A stretch of DNA of 59,117 nt, filler included. It is 6 parts of 6 records of this genome, joined end to end, with 100 filler letters (N's around TTAATTAATTAA, not from the genome) between each part and the next. Parts side by side here need not be neighbours in the genome. Positions count along the whole stretch, not along the records: positions 49,926 to 59,117 come from SRR20825006_491; 5 more parts are not named here. One strand, written 5' to 3'. The position numbers and the translations under genes are program-made. Numbering within the stretch: position 1 is the first letter of the stretch; every line of letters begins with the position of its first letter. Of this stretch, positions 58,697 to 59,117 are shown one piece after another. The notes beneath the pieces were generated by a model. That model made no database searches and was not told where the DNA came from. It was given only the letters and a program-made list of their open reading frames with translations.

Positions 58697-59116
58697 TTAA
58701 AGTTTCAGGCGGGCAAGGATCTGGGCGGCGCGCTGTTCGACCGGGCCTTTGCGGATTTCAATCGGTTCATAACCGCATTGCAGATAGGTGCGATACAGAA
58801 CGACATATGTTCTGACGGCGTCCGCGAAACTTTGTGTTCGCGCGCTGTCGGTTTTGTAGATTTCCGACCATGGCGGCAGGATGAAAACCGTTTTGCGATA
58901 GCGATAGGTTTCAATGGCGCGTTTAAGGCCGGGGTCATCGGGTAGACCGGAAAGTTCCCGATGGGCCAGCGTATCGGGAAGGCCACGATCAAAGAACACG
59001 GTTTGCGGATCCTGACCCATGCCGTGTTGCCATGCGCGGATCGAGCCGCGCGTCATCAACCCGGCATAGGCTTCATTATCGCCCCAGGGCAGGGCATTGC
59101 CGCCGCGTTCCTGCTG
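58697..59116 (-). CDS. AAA_28/NadR-like ATPase, 5' part beyond the window
   Basis: GGNALPW, FFDRGLPD, VFILPPW.EIY.TD..R.QSF, Y...GY. Confidence 0.8.
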   Translation of the reverse strand, partial: QQERGGNALPWGDNEAYAGLMTRGSIRAWQHGMGQDPQTVFFDRGLPDTLAHRELSGLPDDPGLKRAIETYRYRKTVFILPPWSEIYKTDSARTQSFADAVRTYVVLYRTYLQCGYEPIEIRKGPVEQRAAQILARLKL

Positions 59117-59117
59117 T

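Noticed and set aside
57121-59117. PNKP-like phosphatase + SNase + AAA ATPase as an RNA-repair or anti-phage system
   Set aside because: They lie on opposite strands, separated by a terminator and msrB, with no RNA ligase or Hen1; the phosphatase is coupled to the ABC operon instead.

Overview
This window is not one locus. It holds six unrelated contig fragments joined by artificial 100-bp spacers (44 N + TTAATTAATTAA + 44 N) at 6424-6523, 15114-15213, 34665-34764, 42995-43094 and 49826-49925, and gene content and codon style suggest at least four organisms. (1) 1-6423, alphaproteobacterial (Rhodospirillales/Thalassospira-like, inferred): galE, polysaccharide pyruvyltransferase, a secreted Asp-box protein and rfbC, then an HD-GYP gene and a partial betaine ABC ATPase. 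(2) 6524-15113, similar organism: a candidate DUF1127-like small ORF with an anti-SD hairpin RNA, aminopeptidase P, aldo-keto reductase, LysR/DMT pair, SNase-like protein, degenerate EAL protein and the end of ligA. (3) 15214-34664, gammaproteobacterial: two tandem type IV minor-pilin/PilY1 cassettes, pilR, pilS, nadE, a TonB-dependent receptor, bamD, rluD, pgeF. (4) 34765-42994, high-GC Rhizobiales-like: ABC transporters with two betaine-type binding proteins, GGDEF-EAL, TIGR01244 protein, pyc. (5) 43095-49825, Rhodobacteraceae-like housekeeping genes: prfC, osmC, DEAD helicase, rnj, coaX, birA, nuoN. (6) 49926-59117, Rhodospirillales-like: a GlpR/DeoR-controlled ABC operon with three different phosphoesterases, plus msrB, SNase and an AAA protein. 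Best leads: the organophosphate uptake/hydrolysis operon with a stand-alone T4 PNKP-like phosphatase, the DUF1127-like ORF with its sRNA, a PilY1 with an FCCH-like insertion, and a UPF0149-like N-terminus on aminopeptidase P. All family assignments come from motif recognition by eye; no searches were run. No rRNA, tRNA, CRISPR array or transposase was seen.
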